From: a virus
Taxonomy: Duplodnaviria > Caudoviricetes
DNA: 64,000 nucleotides
Direction: 5' to 3' (one strand)
IMG/VR virus record: IMGVR_UViG_3300030330_004405
Coordinates: 28,525 to 92,524 of that record
The position numbers and the translations under genes were made by a program. Every line of letters begins with the position of its first letter. Position 1 is the first letter of the stretch. Positions 30,001 through 39,046 of this stretch are shown piece after piece. Under the pieces are notes generated by a model, which saw only the letters and a program-made list of their open reading frames with translations, was not told the DNA's origin and made no database searches.

Positions 30001-30522
30001 CTCTGTCGAGGTGGTGCGCTGGACAATATTGTTGATGACCGCTTCTCAGGTCGTAAGCACTTTTGGTCTGCCTGTGTGGTGGAACGACCAAAGAACCTCA
30101 AGAAGTTTTCCGAAAACATTGAATTGTTCAGACCAGAAGGCGACTTCAGCGAGGAAGAGGTAATTCAGTTTAAAACTGATCTGACCGGTGTCTTCCCAAT
30201 CAACTTGGTTATCAGCACAGAGACAGTAGAGAAGCTACAAGAAAAGTATATCCCGCCTATCTCTGAGTTTGATGAAGAGTTGCAGGTATGCTGGTTCATC
30301 CCTCGCAAGATTACACCGAAGAAAACCAAGAATGGTAAAGATTATTGGATTGTTGAAGTTATTGATTCAAACAACGAATTGACTCGAATCCGATGCTGGG
30401 GCATTAAGCCCCATAGAGATGTTGTTCATCTCAACCGCCCATATATGGCTCGTCTTAAGTATGACGAGAACTGGGGCTTCTCGACTTATGCAGTCGGCAA
30501 AACATTTAAACTATTAGGATAA
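27091..30522 (+). CDS. dnaE: DNA polymerase III alpha subunit
   Basis: PHP domain LHAHS/TDHG; GPGRGSAAGSL; PDIDYD; KFDLLGL; GYGFNKSHA. Confidence 0.97.
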   Translation: MNRIDSKIKFVGLHAHSVAGSIFDAIGYPQDHMDFAYENGCDALALTDHGNMNGLAYQVLHAKKMQEAGKDFKPIFGCEAYFTPSIAEWHEAYNQAMEDKKKARAIKKDAQSGATVEDEGDSKKTQGILKRRRHLVLLAQNQTGLNNLFKLVSESYQPENFYRYPRIDYALLKKYNEGIIASSACLGGVYAGNYWENREDGDEAVLDAMRETTARMVDIFGDRWYAEVQWNNIKEQHELNQYVIQVAKEFGVGLVTTADSHYPNPDAWKDRELYKRLGWLGKGTPSWAEGESELPDGVEEIGYELYPKNGDQIWESYKQYSKSTGFEYDDDVVLKSIEETHRIAFERIESFLPDNTVRLPEFVVPAGFTATQALVNYALEGLKDKGLHTNKEYTDRLRLELNVIDDRGFSKYFLTMKSIVDVATGMMLTGPGRGSAAGSLVAYALNITQVDPIKHGLLFSRFLRSDATDYPDIDYDVSDSMSLKEKLVEMWGEDCVAPISNWNTLQLKSLIKDISKLYNIPFTEVNTVTSIMIREATPLAKQKHGIKAGVYAPTWQEVMEFSPTLRQYLAKHPAVKTHVEGLVGQVRSCSRHAGGVVIAENLDKNMPLINSGGVRQAPWAEGQNVRHLEPMGFIKFDLLGLSTLKMMEGAIYHILKRHHGVEEPTFAQIRDYYEEYLHPDILDLNDQEVYRNVFHPGKWAGIFQFTEHGAQQFCTKVKPNNIIDLSAITSIFRPGPLSAGVDADYVEAKESPHYIKYLSEEAREITEETFGFLIFQEQIALLAHKLGGLTLDEGNMLRKVLTKKGTGKNSYKAKLHEKFIKGCVAKKINRDEAQSLWDKFEFFSGYGFNKSHAVSYSIISYQCAWLWNYYPAEWMAAFLDKEPETRKEKAINIAKKFGFDIAPLDVNKSGTVWEISEDGKTLIQPLTSIKGLGMSAIEQILDNRPFMNAEDLLFREEVSYSKLNKKALDALCRGGALDNIVDDRFSGRKHFWSACVVERPKNLKKFSENIELFRPEGDFSEEEVIQFKTDLTGVFPINLVISTETVEKLQEKYIPPISEFDEELQVCWFIPRKITPKKTKNGKDYWIVEVIDSNNELTRIRCWGIKPHRDVVHLNRPYMARLKYDENWGFSTYAVGKTFKLLG

Positions 30523-30524
30523 AC

Positions 30525-31130
30525 ATGAAAGTAATTAAAAAATTTAGTCCGCTCTTAAAAGAGCCAAAGTTCGTCGATGACTTGCCTGTTATTATTAGGG
30601 TAAACAAGTTTGATGAAGCGTCCGCAAAAAGCTTCTCTGCATTAATGAGAAAAGCACACAACAGCGGACAAACGGTTATTCCCATTATAATTGACAGCTA
30701 TGGTGGACAAGTTTACAGCTTGATGTCTATGATTTCTGATATTAAACACAGCACCCTTCCCGTTGCTACTATTGTACAAGGCAAAGCGATGTCCTGTGGT
30801 GCTATCTTGTTTAGTTTTGGTGCCGAAGGCAAGAGATACATGGATCCTGATGCAACTGTTATGATTCATGACGTTAGTTCGATGGACCGTGGGAAAGTGG
30901 AAGAGATAAAGGCATCTGCCGAAGAAACTGAGCGACTTAACAAGAAGATTTACCACATGATGGCAGAGAACTGCGGACAGGATGAGGATTATTTCCTTGA
31001 TATTGTGCACGACAAGGGTCACGCAGACTGGTTTTTGGACGCAAAAGAGTGCAAGAAGCACAAATTAGCCAATCATTTGCGTGTGCCGAGCCTTAAAATT
31101 GACGCTACAGTTAAAATGACCTTTAAGTAA
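30525..31130 (+). CDS. clpP: ClpP-like protease 1
   Basis: IDSYGG, GKAMSCG, VMIH, WFLDAKE. Confidence 0.85.
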   Translation: MKVIKKFSPLLKEPKFVDDLPVIIRVNKFDEASAKSFSALMRKAHNSGQTVIPIIIDSYGGQVYSLMSMISDIKHSTLPVATIVQGKAMSCGAILFSFGAEGKRYMDPDATVMIHDVSSMDRGKVEEIKASAEETERLNKKIYHMMAENCGQDEDYFLDIVHDKGHADWFLDAKECKKHKLANHLRVPSLKIDATVKMTFK

Positions 31131-31145
31131 AACTACTTATGGTAC

Positions 31146-31850
31146 ATGATTAAGACTAAGAAAATCAAGTACCGCAGGCTCATGAATGAGCTAGAATACT
31201 TATACGAAGAGATGGACTTGCTGGATGACATCGTAAAGACTGCAGCCGGCGAGTTTGAGGTATACTATAGAGAGTTTTGCGTTAGAAACAACATAGACCT
31301 GAATAAACTAAACGAAGATAACAAAGAGCGAATAGCAGATCTGTACGGCGTAAAACCAGAAGAAGTGCAAGAAACCCCGGTTAGCGAATACACTGGCTCA
31401 GCTGAGATTGTGAAAGTAGATACACCAGAGGAAGAGCCGCTTTTTGAAGAAACGCAAGACGAAGTTGGTATGTTTAAAGAGCTTCACGAGTATTATCACA
31501 AGATGTTCAAAAAGCTGGCAATGCAATTACACCCAGACAGGATCGAAAACTTTACGGCTAACGATGAGTTTAAAAAGCAAATGTCTTGGGACTTTTCCAA
31601 GGCTAAGAGTGCGTTGGACAATAAGAAGTACTTCAAGCTAATTCAAATAGCTAAGAAATATAACATATACGTTACGGAACACTTCTCCTTGCAAATCAAG
31701 TGGTTTAAAAAAGAGAGAGATGTTATTATGGGCGCCCTACAACAAGTTAAGACAACATACAACTATAAGTTTGCCGAGTGTGAAACTGACGAACAAAAAG
31801 ATGATGTTGTCAGAAAATTTATTTGGCACCTTTTTAGAGTTAAAGCTTGA
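31146..31850 (+). CDS. Protein containing a J-domain-like segment
   Basis: MFKKLAMQLHPDR (HPD motif) in a helical context; ACTACTTA upstream. Confidence 0.55.
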   Translation: MIKTKKIKYRRLMNELEYLYEEMDLLDDIVKTAAGEFEVYYREFCVRNNIDLNKLNEDNKERIADLYGVKPEEVQETPVSEYTGSAEIVKVDTPEEEPLFEETQDEVGMFKELHEYYHKMFKKLAMQLHPDRIENFTANDEFKKQMSWDFSKAKSALDNKKYFKLIQIAKKYNIYVTEHFSLQIKWFKKERDVIMGALQQVKTTYNYKFAECETDEQKDDVVRKFIWHLFRVKA

Positions 31851-31898
31851 CTCCCCCCTCCCATAGTGTTATACTTTAAGAGTAGTCACTAGGAGGTT

Positions 31899-32147
31899 TT
31901 GATGACTGACAAACAAAAGCAACAATACGTAAAAGAATATATCCGCTCTTTGAAGGCAATCGAAGATGCGATGGAGCCATACAAGGAGCAACGCCGTGAG
32001 CTGCGTACCGAGTTTAAGGAAAACGGATGGCTGAACACTGATGAGATTCGTGCTGCTGTTAAAGCATATCGGCTGCATACTGGAAAGATTGATATTGACA
32101 CTATTCTTGATAACCTAAACATTATTCAGGATAACAACAGTGAATAG
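31899..32147 (+). CDS. Small DsbA/GapR-like dsDNA-binding protein
   Basis: Coiled coil EYIRSLKAIEDAM...KENG..DEIRAAVK; promoter TTGACT..TATACT and RBS AGGAGG. Confidence 0.45.
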   Translation: MMTDKQKQQYVKEYIRSLKAIEDAMEPYKEQRRELRTEFKENGWLNTDEIRAAVKAYRLHTGKIDIDTILDNLNIIQDNNSE

Positions 32148-32988
32148 TGTAATCGATTACAGTATCTGTTGCGATAGCGCAGATCTATATGCTTGGGTTC
32201 TTAAAAATACTAATTATGAATATGTTAGAAATCTGGACTACACACGTTCAATTAGCCTACAGTTAGATGGCACCGATGTGCGTATTAATTTTGTACATCG
32301 TGTGTCTAATAAAAAAATGTACGATCAGTTAACTAATCGTTTTCTCTCTAATACTGCCGGCACACCTGATTATGTGTTGTTCAAGAAAACAACCCCAATA
32401 GTGTGTATTGAAGACTCAAAAACAGCACCAGTAGGCAATGCAGTCATACAACGTTTGGATAAGCTGTGGCCACTTTTGTTAGATGATAATATTGAGTGTC
32501 CAATTATCTATATCGGTCCCAGAGAGGGCTTAGATGTTAGCCAAAATAAAATGAGAGGCTGGCCACAAAGCTGGTTTTATAAGAATTTTGCCAAGGACAG
32601 ACCGGACGCCTTCTTGTTGCTTGATAATGAAGCATCAATTTGTGAAAGAGTGTTTAGTGAAATTATCTCGGTAATCAAAAGTGATATTAAAGGTGAGCGC
32701 ATAGCAAAACAAAAGGTAACTACAAACGAGCTAAAAAGATTGCATAGCGCGATGAGCAAAAACATTAGAACTTACTCTAACGGAATCTTCAGAGGCAAAC
32801 TGTTCAAGCCAGACGGTACAGATGCCCACCCTGTACAATCAACACTTATGGTAATTTCAGAAACTAGAGCAGCGTTAAAATTGTCGCCAATTAAAATAAA
32901 ACTTAACAATGCCCATAGGCAAAAGCTTTTGAATTCTAAATCTAAAAGAGTCGTAAGAGTTATGAAACAAGGACCGGTGCTATCATGA
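32140..32988 (+). CDS. Putative restriction endonuclease (PD-(D/E)xK)
   Basis: GTPDYVL...CIEDSK...GNAVIQR; sits next to methyltransferases in an AT-rich block. Confidence 0.55.
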   Translation: MNSVIDYSICCDSADLYAWVLKNTNYEYVRNLDYTRSISLQLDGTDVRINFVHRVSNKKMYDQLTNRFLSNTAGTPDYVLFKKTTPIVCIEDSKTAPVGNAVIQRLDKLWPLLLDDNIECPIIYIGPREGLDVSQNKMRGWPQSWFYKNFAKDRPDAFLLLDNEASICERVFSEIISVIKSDIKGERIAKQKVTTNELKRLHSAMSKNIRTYSNGIFRGKLFKPDGTDAHPVQSTLMVISETRAALKLSPIKIKLNNAHRQKLLNSKSKRVVRVMKQGPVLS

Positions 32989-33389
32989 AAAACACTATAT
33001 CTGAAACAGATGTGATTTTAAATTTTATGGAAGACATGAAATCCCATATTATGAAAGACCCCGAGCTTAACTTTGAGTTTCCTGCTGGTTCTTGGACAGG
33101 TAGCAAAAACAGAAATATAGCTGATATCCATGGCGGTGCCATCTCTGGGATCGAAGCGAAACCAACCTTTGCTTCCGCAAAAGCAGATTACTTGAACCCT
33201 AATAAAAATGCTGGAATTACGCATTACATTTATTCTTGTAAAGAGGTCGAGGTATACCAAGTTTCTTTCTGGAAAAACAACAATATTTCTGCATGTGCTT
33301 ATTTGACAGACACCAACAGATGGGTTATAATTAATGATATTGACAATCTTTTTCAAAGATTGCTTCCGTTATCAAAACAAGAAAAATGA
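32985..33389 (+). CDS. Small PD-(D/E)xK-like protein
   Basis: IADI...GIEAK motif; ATGA overlaps on both sides. Confidence 0.4.
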   Translation: MKNTISETDVILNFMEDMKSHIMKDPELNFEFPAGSWTGSKNRNIADIHGGAISGIEAKPTFASAKADYLNPNKNAGITHYIYSCKEVEVYQVSFWKNNNISACAYLTDTNRWVIINDIDNLFQRLLPLSKQEK

Positions 33390-34372
33390 AGTATTTAGGT
33401 AATAAAAATAGGTTAAGTGATTTTTTAAGTCACAACATGGGTCTTAAATCTAGAGGTAACGCCAGAGCACTTGACCTGTTTTGTGGCACCGGTGCCGTTT
33501 CTCTGTTATTTAAGAGTCACGGAATCAATACCGTGTCAAATGATTTTTTGAGTTTTTCTGCTCATCGCACAAGATCAATTTTGCTCGATCGAGCGCCATC
33601 GAGACAACATGCTATAGAACATAACATATCACACGGGTTTATAACCAAGAATTACTCAGAAAGTTCTGGCGTCAATATTTTTAAAACGGATATCGCTAAG
33701 CATATCGATGGTGCCCGTCTTTGGATAGATAAGATGTCAAAACAACTCACACCACAAGAGTTTTCTTACTATTTGGCTCAAATCATAGAAGCGGCCGATT
33801 TTAGATCAAATATTATGGGCTCCTACGAGAGTTATTATAAAGCCGGCTGGAGAAGGCAATGTGAAAAGCCTTGGCAAGTGAAGGATTTTGAATTGGTCGA
33901 CATGCATAACTCAACCAAACACATTGTACATAATGATGATGCCTATCAGTTTCTACAGAATAACGTAGACAGCTATGATTTGATTTACCTTGATCCTCCT
34001 TACAACTCCAGACAATATTCATCAGTGTTTCATGTGTTGGAAACAATTTCTAAATACAACAACCCTGCTGTTAAAGGTGTGGTCAGGAAAAGTATTGAGA
34101 CAAGTGATAAAAAATCTAAACTATCATCTAAAAGAAACTGTCACTCGGAAATGACAAGAATCATTGATCTGTGTAGTGAAAAAACAAACGAATTGTTTGT
34201 CTCATATTCCAATGAAGGTATAATGCAGCCCTCTGAATTGGAAGAAATGATTGGGCTAAAATTTAAAAATACTATGGTGCATGAACTTGATTATAGAAGA
34301 TTCAAAACCAACAGTAGAAAACAAAACGGAAACAACAAAGTAAAGGAGTATTTGTTTCATGGAATTAAATAA
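33386..34372 (+). CDS. Adenine DNA methyltransferase (alpha class, FokI/NlaIII-like)
   Basis: MKYLGNK, DLFCGTGAVS, YLDPPYNSRQY, SYSNEG. Confidence 0.9.
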   Translation: MKYLGNKNRLSDFLSHNMGLKSRGNARALDLFCGTGAVSLLFKSHGINTVSNDFLSFSAHRTRSILLDRAPSRQHAIEHNISHGFITKNYSESSGVNIFKTDIAKHIDGARLWIDKMSKQLTPQEFSYYLAQIIEAADFRSNIMGSYESYYKAGWRRQCEKPWQVKDFELVDMHNSTKHIVHNDDAYQFLQNNVDSYDLIYLDPPYNSRQYSSVFHVLETISKYNNPAVKGVVRKSIETSDKKSKLSSKRNCHSEMTRIIDLCSEKTNELFVSYSNEGIMQPSELEEMIGLKFKNTMVHELDYRRFKTNSRKQNGNNKVKEYLFHGIK

Positions 34373-35141
34373 AGTATATAACGCTGATTTGTTCGACATT
34401 ATCGATGACGTCGTAGAAGACAAATCAATTGATTTGGGTATATTCGATCCACCATATAATATATCATCGACAACCACAGACGTTTTAAAGTATGAAAAAT
34501 CACTTGGTCAGAAAAAAGGCATCGTAGGCTTTAATGAAGAGTGGGATAAATTTGATAGCATAGAGCAATATATTACTTGGACTGATTTGTGGCTACAAAA
34601 AGCCTTTTCAAAGTTAAAAGATGATGGCAGTCTTTTTATATTTGGCTCATACCATAATATTGGGCTTGTTAATTATGTACTGCAAAAACAAAACCGCATG
34701 ATTATCAATGACGTCGCATGGTACAAGAGAAATGCAGTACCAAATATTGCATGCAGAAGGTTACAGGCATCATATGAAAGTTTATTGTGGGTCGCAAAAG
34801 ATAAAAAATATAGGTTTAATTATAAAGATGTAAAATCAAAAGCCTATGATGGCGATTCTATTAAAAAAGAAGGTAAGCAATTGCGTAATATTTGGGATAT
34901 CCCAACAAAGGCTGAGAAGAATTTTAAACACCCATCGAAGAAACCGGTTGCAGTAATAGAGCGATGCATTGACGTTGCCGGCATCAAAGGCGGAACAGTT
35001 CTTGATTTTTTTGGTGGCTCTGGCACAACCGCGGTCGGCGCGCTAAACAGAGATATGAATTATATTCTGATTGAAAAAGAGCAGGAGTACTATGATATGT
35101 GTCTCAGAAGAATTCAAGAACAAGGAGTAAATAATGAATAA
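34359..35141 (+). CDS. N4/N6 DNA methyltransferase (beta class, DpnA-like)
   Basis: DPPY precedes GSYHNI, HPSKKP and DFFGGSGTT. Confidence 0.9.
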   Translation: MELNKVYNADLFDIIDDVVEDKSIDLGIFDPPYNISSTTTDVLKYEKSLGQKKGIVGFNEEWDKFDSIEQYITWTDLWLQKAFSKLKDDGSLFIFGSYHNIGLVNYVLQKQNRMIINDVAWYKRNAVPNIACRRLQASYESLLWVAKDKKYRFNYKDVKSKAYDGDSIKKEGKQLRNIWDIPTKAEKNFKHPSKKPVAVIERCIDVAGIKGGTVLDFFGGSGTTAVGALNRDMNYILIEKEQEYYDMCLRRIQEQGVNNE

Positions 35142-35607
35142 ACAAACACAAGTGGTAATGTTCTCGTCAAAAACGGGACAGTGGGCAACACCGCAAGATT
35201 TCTTCAATAAGCTGAATTGGCGCTTCGGTCCATTTGACTTGGATCCCTGCGCAGACGCAGAAAACGCAAAGTGCACTAAGTTCTTTAGCGAAGCAGATGA
35301 CGGACTGTCACACAGTTGGGCAGGATACACAAGTTTTATCAACCCTCCATATGGGCGCGGCATTGACAAGTGGATCAAAAAAGCATACGAGGAATCTCGC
35401 AACGAAGATACTAAGGTGGTGATGCTGATTCCTGCCAGAACTGATACAAAGTATTGGCACCAATATGTTATGAAGGCTGACGAGGTCCACTTTGTCAAGG
35501 GGCGTCTTAAATTTGGCGACAGTGCCAACTCTGCACCATTCCCGTCTGCGGTGGTGGTCTTCGATGGCTCAAACCAAAGACAGATCTTTGGAGCCATGAA
35601 CCGATGA
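35134..35607 (+). CDS. Phage-type N6-adenine methyltransferase
   Basis: WATPQ, LDPCA, NPPYG, LIPARTDT, GRLKF. Confidence 0.88.
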   Translation: MNKQTQVVMFSSKTGQWATPQDFFNKLNWRFGPFDLDPCADAENAKCTKFFSEADDGLSHSWAGYTSFINPPYGRGIDKWIKKAYEESRNEDTKVVMLIPARTDTKYWHQYVMKADEVHFVKGRLKFGDSANSAPFPSAVVVFDGSNQRQIFGAMNR

Positions 35608-35849
35608 ACCGGAAACAACGAAGAGCTGTTAAAAAGCAAGTTGGTGCAGAAGCCTCAGATAAGATGGCTAACCAAGTAGCGCAGTTCGGCAAAATGCCAG
35701 AAATGTGTGGGATTTGTCAAAAAGAGTTTGACAAGAAGAACAAAGAGATGGTAGAATCGTGGTCAGTAGTGGTCAAGCAAGATGTGGTAAGACTTTTTTG
35801 CCCTGATTGCATGAATAAAGCCAAGGAGGTATTAAATGGCAGTAACTAG
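35604..35849 (+). CDS. Small zinc-finger protein
   Basis: MNRKQRR; CGIC...CPDC. Confidence 0.6.
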   Translation: MNRKQRRAVKKQVGAEASDKMANQVAQFGKMPEMCGICQKEFDKKNKEMVESWSVVVKQDVVRLFCPDCMNKAKEVLNGSN

Positions 35850-36210
35850 AATTTCGCGTGATGCATTGGATAATGTATTGCGAGGTGACATCAAAGAAAA
35901 TTCGACATTTGTATTAAAGTTTTACTCTAACAATTGTCACCTTTGTCACAATCTAAAGGACTATTTCGTAGATGTCTCAAATAAAGAAGAGTATAAAGAC
36001 ATGCACTTCTTTGCATACAATATCGACGACTATCCTGAGCTGGAAGACAAGCTAAGATTTAAGGGTGTGCCGACTATTTTTGTTGTGAACACGCACATCT
36101 CGGACAGACGACCAAAGTTACACTTGCTCCCTGAGCCAGAGGATCCAAACGATAAAACCTGGTACCGAGTCAGCGACATTTGCAATTTTTTAAACAGGGT
36201 GGCATTATGA
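35836..36210 (+). CDS. Thioredoxin-like protein
   Basis: KFYSNNCHLC...GVPT. Confidence 0.75.
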   Translation: MAVTRISRDALDNVLRGDIKENSTFVLKFYSNNCHLCHNLKDYFVDVSNKEEYKDMHFFAYNIDDYPELEDKLRFKGVPTIFVVNTHISDRRPKLHLLPEPEDPNDKTWYRVSDICNFLNRVAL

Positions 36211-37247
36211 AAAAATCATTATCATACGACGACGTATTGCTGGTACCACAATATTCCGACATTCGATCGCGATCTGAAGTATCAACGGAAGTTGATTTAG
36301 GTAACGGTCTTTCGTTAAAAGTTCCAATTTTGGCTTCTCCCATGGACACTATTTCTGAAGCCGCCATGGCTGTCTCGGTTGGCGTCTATGGTGGTGCCGC
36401 CATTGTACACAGATACAACACCATCCAAGAACAAGCTGACATCATCACCATGGCTAAGAATATCGCTAAGGACAACCACAATACAGATATCGTTGTGGGA
36501 GCTGCCATTGGTGTGACCGATGATTACCTTAACCGTGCTGCTGTCATGAACGCTCTAGGTGTCGACTTCTTGTGTGTTGACGTTGCTCACGGGCACCATA
36601 TCTTAATGAAAGATGCTCTTCGTAGACTAAGAAACGCCTTCGGTGATAACCTGCACATTATGGCTGGTAACATCGCCACGCTTGAGGGTATTAATGATCT
36701 TGCTGATTGGGGTGCGGATTCGGTACGCTGTAACATTGGTGGCGGCTCTATTTGCTCAACAAGAATCGAAACCGGGCATGGTGTTGCTGGTCTACAGACA
36801 GTCTTAGACTGCGCCGAAACCGATCGTGACGTTACTATTATTGCCGATGGCGGAATAAGAAACTCCGGCGATATGGTTAAAGCTCTGGCTGCTGGTGCAG
36901 ATTGTATCATGTGTGGTTCAATGCTGTCCGGCACAGATGAAACACCGGGTAGTGTCTTTGAAGAAACTGACGGTACTCGATGGAAGACCTATCGAGGGAT
37001 GGCAAGTAAAGAGGCACAAATTAGCTGGCGTGGCAAGTATTCTTCTCACGAAGGAGTTTCTGCACGTGTGCCGTACCGAGGCTCTGTCACCAAGATTCTA
37101 GAGAGCTTAGAGAGAGGTTTACGCTCGGGCTTGTCCTACAGTGGTGCTCGCAGTATTCCTGAGTTACATGCTAGTTCTGAGTTTATCGTGCAGACTAGCG
37201 CTGGCTTGGGAGAGAGTAGAACACACATTCTCAATAGGGCTTGGTGA
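36207..37247 (+). CDS. guaB: IMP dehydrogenase/GMP reductase family protein (no CBS domains)
   Basis: SYDDVLLVP, SPMDT, DVAHGH, GGSICSTR, ADGGI, YRGMAS. Confidence 0.9.
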   Translation: MKKSLSYDDVLLVPQYSDIRSRSEVSTEVDLGNGLSLKVPILASPMDTISEAAMAVSVGVYGGAAIVHRYNTIQEQADIITMAKNIAKDNHNTDIVVGAAIGVTDDYLNRAAVMNALGVDFLCVDVAHGHHILMKDALRRLRNAFGDNLHIMAGNIATLEGINDLADWGADSVRCNIGGGSICSTRIETGHGVAGLQTVLDCAETDRDVTIIADGGIRNSGDMVKALAAGADCIMCGSMLSGTDETPGSVFEETDGTRWKTYRGMASKEAQISWRGKYSSHEGVSARVPYRGSVTKILESLERGLRSGLSYSGARSIPELHASSEFIVQTSAGLGESRTHILNRAW

Positions 37248-37576
37248 AGATGTCCGAAGACAACAACTATGGTAAAAACAACAAAAGAATAATCTTTACC
37301 GACACAGATCACAGACACGCCCAGTTATCACTCAAGCTAAAGAACGACGGAATGACACAAGCCAAGTTTTTCCGTTCGCTAATCTCTGGTTACTTATCAG
37401 ACGATGAGAGAATCAGAAGCTACGTGGTCGAGAATGGTGATCTATCAAAAGAAAAGAAACTAAGAAACACCAAAGCTAGAAACGCGGGTAAAGCCCTGGT
37501 ACACAATCTTGGCTTATCAGAGGAACAGGTGGAAGACATCTTTGATTTAATTTCAGAGGAGCATCCAGACTTATGA
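37241..37576 (+). CDS. Hypothetical protein (possibly DNA-binding)
   Basis: 111 aa with overlapping starts and stops. Confidence 0.55.
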   Translation: MVKMSEDNNYGKNNKRIIFTDTDHRHAQLSLKLKNDGMTQAKFFRSLISGYLSDDERIRSYVVENGDLSKEKKLRNTKARNAGKALVHNLGLSEEQVEDIFDLISEEHPDL

Positions 37577-37836
37577 GAGGCGATGGTTTATTACAATGCA
37601 GTCGCGAGTGTCTCAGGTCTCAGAAGAGATGTGTAAAACTAGACTGCAAATACTTTATCGACTACAGAGATGAATATAACTGTAGTCTAATATCAATTCA
37701 TAAAAACGGTCGCATGACTTTAAGAGAAATAGGCGATAGACTAAAGATTTCGTTTGCCCGCGTTAAACAAATAGAATCCGGCGCGCTCAAAAAAATCAAA
37801 AACTCAGAACTTTTTTCTTTTAAAGATATGGGCTAA
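37573..37836 (+). CDS. Stand-alone sigma70 region-4 HTH protein with a Cys-rich N-terminus
   Basis: MTLREIGDRLKISFARVKQIESGALKKI. Confidence 0.75.
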   Translation: MRGDGLLQCSRECLRSQKRCVKLDCKYFIDYRDEYNCSLISIHKNGRMTLREIGDRLKISFARVKQIESGALKKIKNSELFSFKDMG

Positions 37837-37897
37837 TGACAAAAACAATACTATTTATACTAGAATTTAATTTCATTAATTAAGGAGAGAAATTTAA

Positions 37898-38587
37898 ATG
37901 TCCCGTAAAACTTTACTTACTGAAGCTGAAGTACGTCAGTTTCTTAAACTTGCAAACATTGGCCCAGTAGGTGATGCCAAGGTCGAAGAAATGTATCACG
38001 CTAAGCGCGATGATGAAGAGATGGATGAGGGTGGAATGCGCCCCGGTATGCGTGATGAGCCGCCTGGCATGCGCGACGATCCTCCCGGCATGCGCGATGA
38101 TGAGGACGAAGATCCTCCCGGTATGCGTGACATGAGAGAAGAAGACGACGAGATGGACGCCATGGATATGGGCGATGCCGCAGATGATATGGAAGATGCT
38201 GCTGACGACATGGCTGATGACGCTATGGACATGGGTGATGCCCCCGCCGCCGGCAAGATGGTCGCAATTGAGGACTTCATGGGCGCACTTGAGCGCGCAC
38301 TTGAGGATGTCCTTGGTGACGAGGTCGAGGTCGATATGGACGACGAAGACGCCGCCGACGACATGGAAGACGCCGCTGATGATATGGGTGATGCAGCCAT
38401 GGACTTGGGTGGTGATGACGAGGAGCCAATGATGGAAGCTGATGATGTGGAAGAGTCCTTGGATGAAGACGCTATTGTCAACGAGGTTGCACGCCGCGTA
38501 GCTGCTCGACTTCAAGAGAAGAACCAAAAAGAGAACATGGTTGAAGAACTTGCCGAGAAGATTTTAAACAGAATCACCTCCAAGTAG
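37898..38587 (+). CDS. Acidic low-complexity protein, probable prohead core/scaffold-like
   Basis: ACTATTTA upstream; KTLLTE N-terminus; D/M-rich with PPGMRD repeats. Confidence 0.5.
   Translation: MSRKTLLTEAEVRQFLKLANIGPVGDAKVEEMYHAKRDDEEMDEGGMRPGMRDEPPGMRDDPPGMRDDEDEDPPGMRDMREEDDEMDAMDMGDAADDMEDAADDMADDAMDMGDAPAAGKMVAIEDFMGALERALEDVLGDEVEVDMDDEDAADDMEDAADDMGDAAMDLGGDDEEPMMEADDVEESLDEDAIVNEVARRVAARLQEKNQKENMVEELAEKILNRITSK
38035..38405 (+). repeat. Coding repeats: four (P)PGMRD units and duplicated DAADDMEDAADDM
   Basis: Visible in both the translation and the DNA, with synonymous differences between copies. Confidence 0.8.
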
Positions 38588-38647
38588 TTGACAAACCACA
38601 TAATCTATATTATAATTAAATAACCACCCAGCGTGGTTATTTTTTTT
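38588..38647 (+). terminator. Sigma70 promoter overlapping an intrinsic terminator
   Basis: TTGACA(38588)-17-TATAAT(38611); stem AATAACCAC/GTGGTTATT plus T-tract. Confidence 0.7.
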
Positions 38648-38656
38648 GGAGAAACA

Positions 38657-39046
38657 ATGGATCCTTGGTGGCTTTACTTACTAGTTTTTGTATTTGGGCA
38701 TGTTACTTGTAGGACATTCTACTTCTTTAGGGCTAGTCGGATCAGCCTATCTTTGATCAGGTATTCTCAAATAATTTATTTATCTTGCGTACAAAAAGCA
38801 TTGGAAAGTTTGGATACAACAATGGAGCTTGTAAGCGAAGCGGACTCCGATGAGAGTCGCCTGCTACAACAAAACATTAATGAGCAAATATCTATTTTAA
38901 AGAATAATTCAATAAATTATCTAATTAATATGCACCCTAAATTTTACAGAGATAGTATAGTGTTTGATGATTGGGAATCTTCATCAAACTTTCTCGAAGA
39001 AAGGAAGGAAGAAGCATTTAACTTTTGGAAGCATAACCGTGATTGA
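38657..39046 (+). CDS. Hypothetical membrane protein
   Basis: RBS GGAG; N-terminal hydrophobic WWLYLLVFVF. Confidence 0.6.
   Translation: MDPWWLYLLVFVFGHVTCRTFYFFRASRISLSLIRYSQIIYLSCVQKALESLDTTMELVSEADSDESRLLQQNINEQISILKNNSINYLINMHPKFYRDSIVFDDWESSSNFLEERKEEAFNFWKHNRD

Noticed and set aside
17551-30522. Inteins or introns in RecA, helicase, NrdJ or DnaE
   Set aside because: Lengths are normal and there are no splicing or homing-endonuclease motifs.
38035-38405. CRISPR array
   Set aside because: The repeats are in-frame coding repeats with synonymous variation and no unique spacers.
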